Source: Fibrobacteria bacterium (GTDB taxonomy: Bacteria; Fibrobacterota; Fibrobacteria; UBA11236). Taken from it: DNA of 64,000 nt. Below the pieces are notes generated by a model. That model searched no databases. It saw only the letters and a program-made list of their open reading frames with translations, and was not told the DNA's origin. The stretch lies in NCBI GenBank assembly GCA_043732185.1, contig JAYTHY010000042.1:32624-96623 (forward strand). The letters run 5' to 3'. A program made the translations under genes and the position numbers. Shown here piece by piece: positions 17,188-27,332 of the stretch (within the stretch, counting starts at the first letter, position 1; every line of letters starts with the position of its first letter).

Positions 17188-20100
17188 ATGGAACGATTGG
17201 CGGCATCGAACAAAACGGACCCCGCCCGAAATAAAACGCGTGGTGCTGCGCCTATACCTGAAAATGTAGACACCACTTATGGATTGGGTGGTTTTCCCGA
17301 CATTATTTACCGTAAAGCTGCCTGTGCCTGCGGCGGCGGATGTCCAGCTTGCCTGGCAAATTCCGGTAGCCTGAGGGTTTCCCAACCTGGAGATCAGACA
17401 GAAGTAGAGGCGGATAAGGTTGCGGATGAAATCATGCGCGCCCCGACCCTGCATCGAAAGGCTTTATCCACAACAGGAGATGCGTCTTCCAAAGCCGCAG
17501 ATCATGTGCAGAAAGCAGTTCAAGCGGGCGGTCGCCCTCTGGAGGATCGAACCCGTCAATTTTTCGAACCGCGCATTGGATATGATCTAAGTTCGGTTCG
17601 GCTGCACACGGGCGAGAGCGCGGCGCAATCCGCACACGCGTTACAAGCAAGAGCGTATACACTAGGCAACGACATCGTTTTCGGAGAAAATGAATACACG
17701 GAAGATTCTGAAAGCGGTAAACGACTGCTCGCGCACGAGCTTGCGCATGTCACCGGAAACCATTCCGGCATCCATCGGGATCCTAAACCCGATGCTGTGG
17801 TGGACCCAGTGGAGGTGAGGCTAGAGGGATTGCCAACCGATGGCCTAAAACTGATGGCCAAGGCTGAACGTACAGGCGCGAACATCATCGATGCAGAAAT
17901 GGTGATGAACGGTGACTTGGTGCTTCCCGAATTCGGGGTGCATGACAATGCTGGAAAGGTATGGGCTTGGATAAACGTACCCGGGAAAAACGCCCTTGAC
18001 GTTCCCGTCAACAGGGCATTCGCCAAAGCCCGCGGCTTCAATTATCCGATTTTGCACGGGTTCATCGAATTTAAATACCTCGGCAACATCACCATTCCGA
18101 TTACCATTTATGCAAAGCCTCCCGAAAAAGTGGAGCCACCCGCTCCAGTTTCAGTAGAGCCTCCCAAAAGGGACAAGCCCAGTCCGCCCGAGGCGCAGCC
18201 CGCCAAAGATTTGATCAGCCAAGCGACTTCGTGGTCGATTTTGAGTAAAAAAGATCTCGGGAAAAAACTGCTCGATTATGCAGATGGTGGAGATTTTTCG
18301 ACACCGGATTCCGTGCTCGAAGAATTATGGAGCAACAATCGGGACGATGTAAGCTTTGAAATGACCCTAGCCGCCAGCGACGAACAGCTTGCGGGAATGG
18401 CGGAAACTGCGGACGGACGGAAATTTCTGGACCGGCTCTACGATGAATTGACAAGTGGTTCCGCAGATGAAAAAGAGCAAGCCCAAGCCGAGCGCATACT
18501 GATGGCCAAAGCGGGTCGCATCGATCCCAAAAAATTCATGAACGCGGAAAAATCGGCCATGGTTATCCCATTCTCCGGATCCGGGTTCACTAAATTCAGC
18601 TCCGCTTCCCTGTCCGTGCATCGTATGGACAACGGAAACATTTGGGTGCGCAGCCACATGAAAACCGAGCATTGGAAGGATGCAAAACTTTCACCCGAGC
18701 ACTATGCCATTATGTACTCCGGGATAGAAATGGATCCGGACACAGTCGTAGGGGTATACCTCTACGACGAAGGCGGAAAAATCATCTACATGCCGGCGCT
18801 TTATCTGCTTCAACTGAGCAATACAGATACCACGAAAGTGGGAATGATGGCGGGAGAAGCTTTCGTTACGGGCCTTACTTTTGGACTAGGTGGAGAGGCG
18901 GTGGCTGTCGGCGAAACTGCGAACGCTTCACGCGCTGCAATTTGGGGCGCACGTGCAGTCAATTATCTGAAATGGACCGACCGGGCTGCCACTGCGGTTG
19001 CAGCCGCAAGCACTTTGGTCAACGACCACAGGGGTTGGATTATTGAAAAATTCGGAGATGACGGGCGCTGGATCCTTAAGGAATGGGCCAAGGTCGATCG
19101 GATCTTGATGATCTACGGGTTGGCGAGAGGTGCAGTCGCATTGGGCCAAATGGGGTACGGTTTGCGGGCAAGTTGGAAAAATTGGCGGACCGCGGCTAGC
19201 AAGGTCGACGATTTGGCTGCGGACGAAAAGAAAATAGTCGATGAACTGTCTTCGAACGTGGAGCAGACCCTAGAAGAAATAGAAACGGCCCAGGCAAAAG
19301 CAGGAATGGGAGCGAAAGCACCGACAGCCAATGTCGCAGGGGAAGCAGATGCGGCAGCGGATGAAATAAACGTCCTAAATAAAAACGATACTGTCTCCAC
19401 TGCGGGTGAAGTAGAGGGTGCCGGCGCTGAAGTTGTTGATTTGGATCAGTATAGGAAACAGCAAGCTGCCAAAAAGGCAGCCAAACAATCGGCACCAATC
19501 CAGCAATTGAAAAAAACGGGAACCGATGATACCGTGGCGGTTGCCCAGGATTCGACCATTGCGGCGAACGACAATGCGGAGATTGTAGACGCGCCTTCAA
19601 CCTCAACCAACACCAGTACCAGCACTCGAAAATCAGCGGGAACCGCCACGGTTACCCCCATTAAGCCACGTGTGGAAGTCGATCTCTCCGAATTCCCCAA
19701 TGGCGCCGACCTGACGAAAGACAAATGGATTGGGAAAAAATGGAAACCGGGAGATGATTTACCCAAAGGATATGTGCCACTAAAGGACGGAGGGATTCGA
19801 CGGGGCCCCGGTTTTAGAGAGAAAAATTTTGTCCCGCTCGAAGTGAAAGATGGAAAGTTGGCCGTCGGCACTGCAGGAGAGCGCATCAGCAATCCCTCTG
19901 TGATGAACAGAAACTACAAGAGCGCTGTGGGCCAGGAGCTGCGGGCAAAAAACCCTGGTTGGACCGAAGCCAAACTGGAGGCGGAATTGATCAAAGAAGT
20001 GGAAAAGAATTCCGTCCACCATTTGATACCAGATAATGTGGTTCAAGATCATCCGCTTGCCCAAGCCGCGACCAAAGCGGGGTACAGTCTCGATAACGCC

Positions 20101-20409
20101 GGTAACCTAAAGGGGTTGCCCAAATCAAAGGTATTGACGGACATCGAGGCCGGCGAGATGGGGCATTGGACCAGTCACCCTCAGTATGATCGGCTCGTCA
20201 AAGACGAGCTCGACACGGTCCAAAAAGCGTTGGAAAAGGAGTTCAAGTCGCTCGATAAGGTGCCCAAACAGCGTTTGCTTGATGCACTGAAAAGCGTCGA
20301 AGACAAGCTCCGAAAACTGATCGAGGACGGCAAGGCTCCCATTAAGGACGGCCATCTAGCAGAGGATGAGCCAAGGGATTCCAATGATGAATCGGAATCC
20401 TATGCTTGA
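17188..20409 (+). CDS. DUF4157 effector 3 with C-terminal AHH-family HNH nuclease
   Basis: RKAACACGGGCPAC leader, core FFEPRIGYDLSSVRLHT..ARAYTLGNDIVF..LLAHELAHV, C-terminal SVHHLIP...HPL...YSLDNAGNLKGLP...HWTSHPQYDRLV. ATG 17188 follows a GGAG SD. Confidence 0.8.
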   Translation: MERLAASNKTDPARNKTRGAAPIPENVDTTYGLGGFPDIIYRKAACACGGGCPACLANSGSLRVSQPGDQTEVEADKVADEIMRAPTLHRKALSTTGDASSKAADHVQKAVQAGGRPLEDRTRQFFEPRIGYDLSSVRLHTGESAAQSAHALQARAYTLGNDIVFGENEYTEDSESGKRLLAHELAHVTGNHSGIHRDPKPDAVVDPVEVRLEGLPTDGLKLMAKAERTGANIIDAEMVMNGDLVLPEFGVHDNAGKVWAWINVPGKNALDVPVNRAFAKARGFNYPILHGFIEFKYLGNITIPITIYAKPPEKVEPPAPVSVEPPKRDKPSPPEAQPAKDLISQATSWSILSKKDLGKKLLDYADGGDFSTPDSVLEELWSNNRDDVSFEMTLAASDEQLAGMAETADGRKFLDRLYDELTSGSADEKEQAQAERILMAKAGRIDPKKFMNAEKSAMVIPFSGSGFTKFSSASLSVHRMDNGNIWVRSHMKTEHWKDAKLSPEHYAIMYSGIEMDPDTVVGVYLYDEGGKIIYMPALYLLQLSNTDTTKVGMMAGEAFVTGLTFGLGGEAVAVGETANASRAAIWGARAVNYLKWTDRAATAVAAASTLVNDHRGWIIEKFGDDGRWILKEWAKVDRILMIYGLARGAVALGQMGYGLRASWKNWRTAASKVDDLAADEKKIVDELSSNVEQTLEEIETAQAKAGMGAKAPTANVAGEADAAADEINVLNKNDTVSTAGEVEGAGAEVVDLDQYRKQQAAKKAAKQSAPIQQLKKTGTDDTVAVAQDSTIAANDNAEIVDAPSTSTNTSTSTRKSAGTATVTPIKPRVEVDLSEFPNGADLTKDKWIGKKWKPGDDLPKGYVPLKDGGIRRGPGFREKNFVPLEVKDGKLAVGTAGERISNPSVMNRNYKSAVGQELRAKNPGWTEAKLEAELIKEVEKNSVHHLIPDNVVQDHPLAQAATKAGYSLDNAGNLKGLPKSKVLTDIEAGEMGHWTSHPQYDRLVKDELDTVQKALEKEFKSLDKVPKQRLLDALKSVEDKLRKLIEDGKAPIKDGHLAEDEPRDSNDESESYA

Positions 20410-20469
20410 AGGGCAGAAGAAAATGACTTTGCCCAATTTCGCAACTCAATAGTTTTAATTCGCAGCGGG

Positions 20470-22950
20470 CTAAACCCCCGCTCTATTCCTCCTTAAAAGT
20501 TCTTCCGTAGAACATTCCCGCTTGGGAGTGTACCCTTCCAGCGGCAACATATGCTCATGCACGGCATCCAGAAAATCATTCGGCATGGGGAAAAAGGAGT
20601 CTTCCACCTCATCGGCCGGAGTAATCCAATTGCGGCTTCCAATCACCACCGGAGGCGCGTCCAAATCGTCAAAAGCAAAGCGGCTGATGCTGTTAGCCAT
20701 AGTGTGCAGAAAGCTTCCGCGTTCGCAGGCGTCGGATGCCAACAGGATTTTTCCGGTTTTCTTAACGCTGGCAAGCACCAAGTCATAATTGAAAGGGACA
20801 ATGCTGCGCGCGTCGATGACTTCCACGGAAAGGCCGTATTCCGCTTCCAAAATTTTGGCCGCGTCCAGGGCTCGGTAGAGAGTGGCGCCCACAGTTAAGA
20901 TGGTGAGATCTGTACCGGATTTTTTGATATCCGGTTCGCCGAATGCCACACTGTAGGATTCTACGGGCACGCCACCGGGATGGAAATGCTCGGGCTCGTC
21001 ATAGATGCGTTGGCTTTCGAAGAAGATGACGGGATCGGTGCCGGTCAAGGCGGCATTCATCAAGCCTTTGGCATCATACGGAGAGGCGGGAAAGGCCACT
21101 TTGAGTCCGGGAATATGGGCCACGAGACTGGTCCAATCTTGGGAATGCTGCGCGCCGTATTTAGAGCCCACGGATACGCGGAGCACCAAAGGCATGCGCA
21201 GCAATCCGCCGGACATGCTCTGCCATTTGGACATTTGATTGAAGATTTCATCGCCCGAGCGGCCCATAAAGTCGCAGTACATGAGTTCCGCAATCACGCG
21301 GCCGCCTTCCAGAGCGTAGCCCACAGCGGTGCCGACGATGGCGGCTTCGCTGATGGGCGAATTGAACAAGCGATGGTACGGTAACGCCTCCGTTAACCCG
21401 CGGTATACGGCAAACGCGCCGCCCCAATCCCGATTTTCTTCACCATAGGCGATAAGCGTGGGGTCGATATAGAAGCGGTCGAAAATGGCTTCAAAGAGTG
21501 CGTCGCGGATGGCGATGCATTTGATCTTAGGAAGCTTCTGGCCATTTTCATCCAGAGCCGAACGCGAACGGCCGGCAAGTTGCGCAACGCGGGGATTGTC
21601 TGCCTTGGCCAGCAGGGTTTCCGGTGTGCGGGTCGTATCCATGCTTTCCACTGTGCCGTTGGAGAACATGACTTTTTCAATCGTGCAGCCGATGCTCATT
21701 TGGTTTTCGCGCGGGGAAATATTGAGGTCCACCGATTTTTTATAGGCACGCAAAATGCGGTCGTCGATTTTTTGTTTTATCGCGTCCAAGTCCATGGTAG
21801 AACAAATTTTTCCCGCGACCAATCCTTCCGCATACGCGACGAGCGAATCCTGCTGCTGCCACATTTCCACTTCGCTTTTTTCCCGGTAGCTAGACGCATC
21901 CGAAGGCGAGTGGCCCGAGAACCGGTAGGTGATGGTGTCGAGTAGAACAGGGCCATCGCCTTTGATGATGATGTCGCGTTTGCGCCGGATGCCGTCGATA
22001 ACGGCCAAGGGATTGTAGCCGTCGATGCGTTCGGCGTGCATTTGCTCTGGATTGACGCCTGCACCCATGCGAGCCAGGACTTTAAAGCCCATGGTTTCGC
22101 CTACGGGTTGGCCGCCCATGCCATAGAAATTGTTGGTGAAGTTGACGATAATAGGCAAGCCACCGCGATGGGCTTCGTCCCAAAGGGTCTTGAACTGATC
22201 CATGGTGGCAAAGCACAAGGCTTCCCAAGTTGGACCGCAGCCCGCGCTGGCGTCGCCGATATTACAGATGACGATACCGGGCTTTCCGTTCACCTTTTTG
22301 AAAAGTGCCGCACCCACGGCGATATCCGCAGAACCGCCTACAATGGCGTTATTGGGCATGATGCCAAAGGGCGGAAAGAAGGCGTGCATGGAACCGCCCA
22401 GGCCTTTATTGAAACCGTAGTCGCGGGCAAAAATTTCAGCCAGGGATCCGTAGATGAGAAAGTCAACGGCCAAGTCCTTAACCGTGGTACCGGAGGGATC
22501 TTTTTCAACCACCTTCAACGCATGACCACCAAAATAGTTGGTCATGATATCCATCAGCTGTTTGTCGTCCAGCTTGTGGATGGCGGATAGGCCCTTGGCC
22601 AGAATCTCTCCATGGGACCGATGCGATCCAAAGATATGATCGTCCACGCCCAGCAAATATGCTTGACCAACCGCCGAAGCCTCCTGCCCGATGGAAAGAT
22701 GCGCGGGGCCGCGATGATTGTAAGCAGTGCCGCCGAAGGTGCCTTTGATTTTGACCTCGTTAAGCATGGTCTCAAAGGAACGGATCACCTGCATGTCGTG
22801 TTGGATGCGGACCAAATCGTCCTTGGTGAAATTTCCGGAAGCGGCTTCTTGCTTCAGCGTTTTGCCGTATTGATTGATTGGAATGGGTGAGAATTCGACA
22901 AAGCCTTTGGACCGGGCCTCTTTGGGATGGATGACTATACTCTTGGGCAT
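20470..22950 (-). CDS. TPP-dependent 2-oxoacid/acetoin dehydrogenase E1, fused alpha+beta subunits
   Basis: [23 protein letters not shown] motif GDA...[37 protein letters not shown]. Confidence 0.9.
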   Translation of the reverse strand: MPKSIVIHPKEARSKGFVEFSPIPINQYGKTLKQEAASGNFTKDDLVRIQHDMQVIRSFETMLNEVKIKGTFGGTAYNHRGPAHLSIGQEASAVGQAYLLGVDDHIFGSHRSHGEILAKGLSAIHKLDDKQLMDIMTNYFGGHALKVVEKDPSGTTVKDLAVDFLIYGSLAEIFARDYGFNKGLGGSMHAFFPPFGIMPNNAIVGGSADIAVGAALFKKVNGKPGIVICNIGDASAGCGPTWEALCFATMDQFKTLWDEAHRGGLPIIVNFTNNFYGMGGQPVGETMGFKVLARMGAGVNPEQMHAERIDGYNPLAVIDGIRRKRDIIIKGDGPVLLDTITYRFSGHSPSDASSYREKSEVEMWQQQDSLVAYAEGLVAGKICSTMDLDAIKQKIDDRILRAYKKSVDLNISPRENQMSIGCTIEKVMFSNGTVESMDTTRTPETLLAKADNPRVAQLAGRSRSALDENGQKLPKIKCIAIRDALFEAIFDRFYIDPTLIAYGEENRDWGGAFAVYRGLTEALPYHRLFNSPISEAAIVGTAVGYALEGGRVIAELMYCDFMGRSGDEIFNQMSKWQSMSGGLLRMPLVLRVSVGSKYGAQHSQDWTSLVAHIPGLKVAFPASPYDAKGLMNAALTGTDPVIFFESQRIYDEPEHFHPGGVPVESYSVAFGEPDIKKSGTDLTILTVGATLYRALDAAKILEAEYGLSVEVIDARSIVPFNYDLVLASVKKTGKILLASDACERGSFLHTMANSISRFAFDDLDAPPVVIGSRNWITPADEVEDSFFPMPNDFLDAVHEHMLPLEGYTPKRECSTEELLRRNRAGV

Positions 22951-22959
22951 GCAGGACTC

Positions 22960-23754
22960 CTAAGTCGGTTTATCGATGTGTTTAAGTGGTTCGGATTCGG
23001 GAAAGACTACGGTAATTCTATGGGTTTGGAAAAAAGTCATCCAGGCTTCATCGGGACGGGTGTCGGTGACGATGCTTGATATGGCCGTCCACTCTACAAT
23101 TTTGAAAAGGGAGGGCGATAGGAATTTGGTTTGGTCCGCGACCAGTATTGCACGGCGGCTGTTGTGTACGGCTTGGCGATTGAAATGGGCGGATTCGACA
23201 TCGCTGGCCGAAGGTCCGAAGTCCGCGCTCAGGCCATCTGCACCTAAAAAACAAATGTAGCCGCGGAGTTGATCGAAAGTGGCGGCAGCAATAGGACCTA
23301 CGCAATCCATTCTATCCGGCCGGTATTGGCCGCCTATCAGAATGACATTGGTATTGGGGGCGTCGAGTTCGATAGCCAATCGGGCAGAGTTGGTGATAAT
23401 GGATAGTCCGCGTTTTCGTTTGAGAAAGGGAGCCATCATAAAGCAGGTGGTGCCGGAATCCAAAAATATCTGTTCACCATCCTGGACCAGAGAAGCCGCC
23501 AATCGGCCGATAGACTCTTTGGCTCCTGGACTGCGCTGATGCTTGGATCGAAATGAGAAATCCGAGGACCGGCGAATCACCGCCCCCCCATAAACCAAGT
23601 CGATTTCGCCTTCTTCCGACAAGGTTTTCAGGTCCCGACGGATAGTAGCCTCGGAAGCACCCATGGCTGTCGCCAAATCCACCACGGTGGCGGACCGATG
23701 GCCGAATATTTCGTCCAAAATGTGTTGGCGACGATTTTGAGCAGAACTTCCCAT
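22960..23754 (-). CDS. DeoR/GlpR-family transcriptional regulator
   Basis: RRQHIL..SEATIRRDL HTH, IFLDSGTT, IITNS, ADQTKF. ATG at 23754. Confidence 0.9.
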   Translation of the reverse strand: MGSSAQNRRQHILDEIFGHRSATVVDLATAMGASEATIRRDLKTLSEEGEIDLVYGGAVIRRSSDFSFRSKHQRSPGAKESIGRLAASLVQDGEQIFLDSGTTCFMMAPFLKRKRGLSIITNSARLAIELDAPNTNVILIGGQYRPDRMDCVGPIAAATFDQLRGYICFLGADGLSADFGPSASDVESAHFNRQAVHNSRRAILVADQTKFLSPSLFKIVEWTAISSIVTDTRPDEAWMTFFQTHRITVVFPESEPLKHIDKPT

Positions 23755-23797
23755 TGGCTTGAAAAATATACCGTAATGACGTACTTTAGTCAAAGTC

Positions 23798-23839
23798 TTG
23801 ATTGAAAAAAGAAAGAATTGATTTAATTAACGAAGAATT
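23798..23839. promoter_or_regulatory. tandem imperfect direct repeat, candidate DeoR operator in the divergent promoter
   Basis: TTGATTGAAAAAAGAAAGAATT (23798) and TTGATTTAATTAACGAAGAATT (23818): 20-bp period, 17/22 identical. Confidence 0.4.
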
Positions 23840-23962
23840 ATGATGGCTTTACTCCGGTTAGCGGAAGTCGGCAACATTGCTACATCGTACGTTCGGCGTA
23901 AGAGGCGCGCTGAGTACGGCTAGTATTTGCCGTCCCTAAAAAAGGAAAGTGTCAGAAAAAGT

Positions 23963-25225
23963 ATGCAGATTGTTGAATGGCTTAAGTCAATCGGTTCGGT
24001 AGAGAAAATGCGCGCAGCCGCTAAAACGGTTTCCGCCATTCCGCTTAAAGTGAATTCGCACGTGCATCTGCCTCCTAACTTTTCCGCCTTCACCACGGTG
24101 GAACAAGTTTTGGATTTGGCGGTAGCGCAAGATGTCAGAGTGATCGGCGTCACCAATTATTACGACTATCAAGTGTATGTGAAATTTGCCGAGCTCGCAA
24201 AAAAGGCGCGCGTGTTTCCGATTTTTGGATTGGAGATCATCAGTTTGATCGATCGCTTGGTCAAGGATAAGGTCAAGATAAACGATCCCGGCAATCCCGG
24301 TCGCATGTACATCTGCGGCAAGGGCGTAACCCGTTTCCTGCCCGTACCGGCGGGACCCGCGTCCATTTTGGAAACCATTCGCGCCAACGACACGCAGCGT
24401 ATGCGGGAGATGGTCGATAAAGTGGCGGCTTTATTTATCGCTGCGGGCTGTGACCTCTCGGTTACGGAACCAGGTGTCAAAAAGATGATTTCCAACCGGC
24501 ATAAATGTCCCGAAGATATCGTCTATTTGCAAGAGCGTCACATCGCGCAGGCTTTTCAGGAATCCTTATTCGCCAAAGTTGCAAGCGACAAGCGCGCTCA
24601 AATCCTCACGCAAGTTTACGGCACCGCGCCCAAAGCCGGGGCAGATGATGCTGTGCAGTTTCAGAATGAATTCCGATCGCATTTGCTTAAAGCCGGAAAA
24701 CCAGCTTTTGTGGTCGAAACCTTTGTGGACGAAATCGAAGCCAAAAAAATGATTCTGGGCATGGGAGGGATTCCTTGCTACCCAACCCTGGCGGATGGTG
24801 CGAGCCCCTTGTGTCCGTACGAAGCGACGCCGGAAATACTGATCGAAAACATACTCGGCATGGGTATATATATGGCCGAGTTCATTCCCATTCGGAATAC
24901 CCCAGAGGTTTTGCAAACCTATGTCAAAGCCATGCGTGCTGCAGGATTAGTGGTGGTAGGTGGAACGGAACACAATACCCTTGAGCTCATTCCGCTGGAA
25001 CCCACTTGCTTAAAAAGCGCCCCAGTTCCTGAGGATATCAAAGCGATATTCTGGGAAGGCGCGTGTGTCATTGCCGCCCATCAGTTTTTGTTGGCGCAAG
25101 GACAAGCCGGATTCGTGGACGCAGACGGTGCGTTGTGCGCGGGATATGCTTCCGCCGATGCCCGAATTAAAGCTTTTGCGGCACTAGGAGCCGCTGTCAT
25201 TCAAACCGACCTCGGAGTGTCATAA
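23963..25225 (+). CDS. PHP-domain metal-dependent phosphoesterase-like protein
   Basis: NSHVH, GVTNYYD, IFGLEI, ERHIA and GTEHN metal-binding motifs. Confidence 0.7.
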   Translation: MQIVEWLKSIGSVEKMRAAAKTVSAIPLKVNSHVHLPPNFSAFTTVEQVLDLAVAQDVRVIGVTNYYDYQVYVKFAELAKKARVFPIFGLEIISLIDRLVKDKVKINDPGNPGRMYICGKGVTRFLPVPAGPASILETIRANDTQRMREMVDKVAALFIAAGCDLSVTEPGVKKMISNRHKCPEDIVYLQERHIAQAFQESLFAKVASDKRAQILTQVYGTAPKAGADDAVQFQNEFRSHLLKAGKPAFVVETFVDEIEAKKMILGMGGIPCYPTLADGASPLCPYEATPEILIENILGMGIYMAEFIPIRNTPEVLQTYVKAMRAAGLVVVGGTEHNTLELIPLEPTCLKSAPVPEDIKAIFWEGACVIAAHQFLLAQGQAGFVDADGALCAGYASADARIKAFAALGAAVIQTDLGVS

Positions 25226-25227
25226 AG

Positions 25228-27312
25228 ATGGAATGGCCCAAGTTTAGCTCCAGTGACACAACTATGGATCAATTGGTCAAGCTTTCCCAGTTTTATGGGC
25301 ACGATTCGGAAATGGTCATTGCCGGAGGTGGAAACACTTCCTGTAAAGTGGCAGACTCAATTTGGGTAAAGGGAAGTGGAACCTCGCTGGCGACTATTGC
25401 TCCAGAGGGTTTTGTGGAAATGAAACGGGCTGCATTGTACAGCCTGTTGGAACAAAATCTCAGCCCCGATCGCATGCAGCGCGAGGCTGAGTTCAAAGCC
25501 CAAGTGTTGGCAGCGCGAATCCATCCGGAACGGGGTCAGCGACCCAGTGTGGAATCGGTTTTACACAATTTGCTGCCGCGCACTTTCGTCGTGCACACCC
25601 ATTCGACCCTGGTCAATATGTTTACTTGCGCGTTACAGGGAGAAAGCATCCTGCGCGCCAAATTAGGCAATACGTTTATCTGGATAGGCGAGGTGGATCC
25701 TGGATTCCAGTTGGCTCGTACGCTATTTGAGGCTTTGCAAAAGTTCAAAAAAGAAACCGGACAGGACTGCCCCAGAGCCGTGATCATGGAAAACCATGGT
25801 CTGGTGGTTTCCGGCAATACCCCGGAAGAAGTCAAAGCCGATACCGATTGGCTGCTTGCGGCCATCCGCCCGCTAATTGAAGCCGTATCCTCCAAGACAG
25901 CCTTTGGGAGTGCCTCTACTGTTGACGCAATAGAAGCCAGAAAACAAATCAACGTGATCGGGCCTGCCCTACGTGGACTTTTAGGCACCGCGGACAGGCT
26001 CAAAGTCGCACGCTTCGAGGACTCGCCGGAAGTGATGGAACTGGTTTGCGGCAGTGAAGGCCAAACCGTTGTGGCCGGAGGCGCACTCTCCCCGGATCAA
26101 ATCGTGTATTGCAAAAGTTTTCCGCTTTGGTTTGAACCGATTAAAGACGAGGCGGCTCGGGAAACGGTTCTGCGTTTGCGCCAAGCCATAGAAGCGCATA
26201 TCGCGGCCACGCGCTTTTCGCCCTTGGTGGTGCTGGTCAAGAATGTCGGCATGTTTGGGATCGGGGAGGATGTCAAGAGTGCCCAAATCTCGGTATGGGT
26301 GTATAAGGACGCGGTGAAAATCATGGCCGGAGCCCGGAGATTGGGTGGCATCCGCTATTTAAAATCTGACTTCCGAAAATTCATTGAAGATTGGGAAGTA
26401 GAAAGCTATCGAAAAAGTGTTTCTGCCGCTAAGGGATCGCAAGGTCGCGTGGCAGGAAAGATCGCCGTGATTACTGGAGCGGCGCAAGGTTTTGGATTGG
26501 AAATCAGCCAGCATTTTGTTTCTGAAGGCGGCGTTGCGGTACTCACCGATATGAATGCCGATGGAGCGTCTAAAGCGGCTGCGCAGTTGTGTAAGGATAG
26601 AGGCGAGCAAAACCTAGGTGCTGCTTCCGCCCAAGGAGGGTCCGCCATAGGGTGGTCCGCAATCGGATTGCCGGTAAACGTTACGGATAGCGCTAGCTTG
26701 GATGCCATGATTCATGCGGTGATTCGCGCCTTTGGCGGCTTCGATGTTTTCATCTCCAATGCGGGCGTGGTCAAGGCAGGCAGCGTCAAGACGCAAAGCG
26801 AAAAAGACTTCGACTTTGTGACTACAGTGAACTATAAGGGTTTTTTCCTCTGCACGCAAAAAGCCGCGCAAGTGCTGGCCATACAACATTTGGCCAGACC
26901 TGGATATTTGACGGACATCATTCAGATCAATTCTAAAAGTGGATTGGTGGGCTCAAATAAAAACGGAGCCTACGCAGGCAGCAAATTCGGAGGCATCGGG
27001 CTAGTTCAATCCTTTGCCATGGAATTGGTCGAGGATGGCATCAAAGTTAATGCGGTGTGTCCCGGCAACTTTTTTGATGGCCCTCTCTGGAGCGATCCCA
27101 AAACCGGCCTTTTCATGCAGTACCTGAACTCGGGCAAGGTGCCGGGAGCCAAGACCATTTTGGATGTCAAGAAATTTTATGAAGCTAAAGTTCCGATGGG
27201 GCGCGGCACCACTACTGCGGACGTGATGAAGGCTATTTATTATCTCATCGATCAGAAATATGAAACTGGCCAAGCTGTTCCCGTGAGCGGCGGGCAAGTG
27301 ATGCTGAAATAA
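25228..27312 (+). CDS. class II aldolase/adducin-domain plus SDR oxidoreductase fusion (SDR half resembles sorbitol-6-phosphate dehydrogenase)
   Basis: GGGNTS.K, RPSVES.LH, VVHTH, MENHGL; then TGAAQGFG, SNAG, NSKSG..GSNKNGAYAGSKFGGIG, VCPGN. Confidence 0.85.
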   Translation: MEWPKFSSSDTTMDQLVKLSQFYGHDSEMVIAGGGNTSCKVADSIWVKGSGTSLATIAPEGFVEMKRAALYSLLEQNLSPDRMQREAEFKAQVLAARIHPERGQRPSVESVLHNLLPRTFVVHTHSTLVNMFTCALQGESILRAKLGNTFIWIGEVDPGFQLARTLFEALQKFKKETGQDCPRAVIMENHGLVVSGNTPEEVKADTDWLLAAIRPLIEAVSSKTAFGSASTVDAIEARKQINVIGPALRGLLGTADRLKVARFEDSPEVMELVCGSEGQTVVAGGALSPDQIVYCKSFPLWFEPIKDEAARETVLRLRQAIEAHIAATRFSPLVVLVKNVGMFGIGEDVKSAQISVWVYKDAVKIMAGARRLGGIRYLKSDFRKFIEDWEVESYRKSVSAAKGSQGRVAGKIAVITGAAQGFGLEISQHFVSEGGVAVLTDMNADGASKAAAQLCKDRGEQNLGAASAQGGSAIGWSAIGLPVNVTDSASLDAMIHAVIRAFGGFDVFISNAGVVKAGSVKTQSEKDFDFVTTVNYKGFFLCTQKAAQVLAIQHLARPGYLTDIIQINSKSGLVGSNKNGAYAGSKFGGIGLVQSFAMELVEDGIKVNAVCPGNFFDGPLWSDPKTGLFMQYLNSGKVPGAKTILDVKKFYEAKVPMGRGTTTADVMKAIYYLIDQKYETGQAVPVSGGQVMLK

Positions 27313-27332
27313 CCAGAGGAAGGATTGAATCC

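Noticed and set aside
15876..17276. Antisense ORFs (184, 191 and 251 aa) as possible immunity genes
   Set aside because: They lie wholly or largely opposite well-supported genes and show no recognisable motifs; shadow ORFs.
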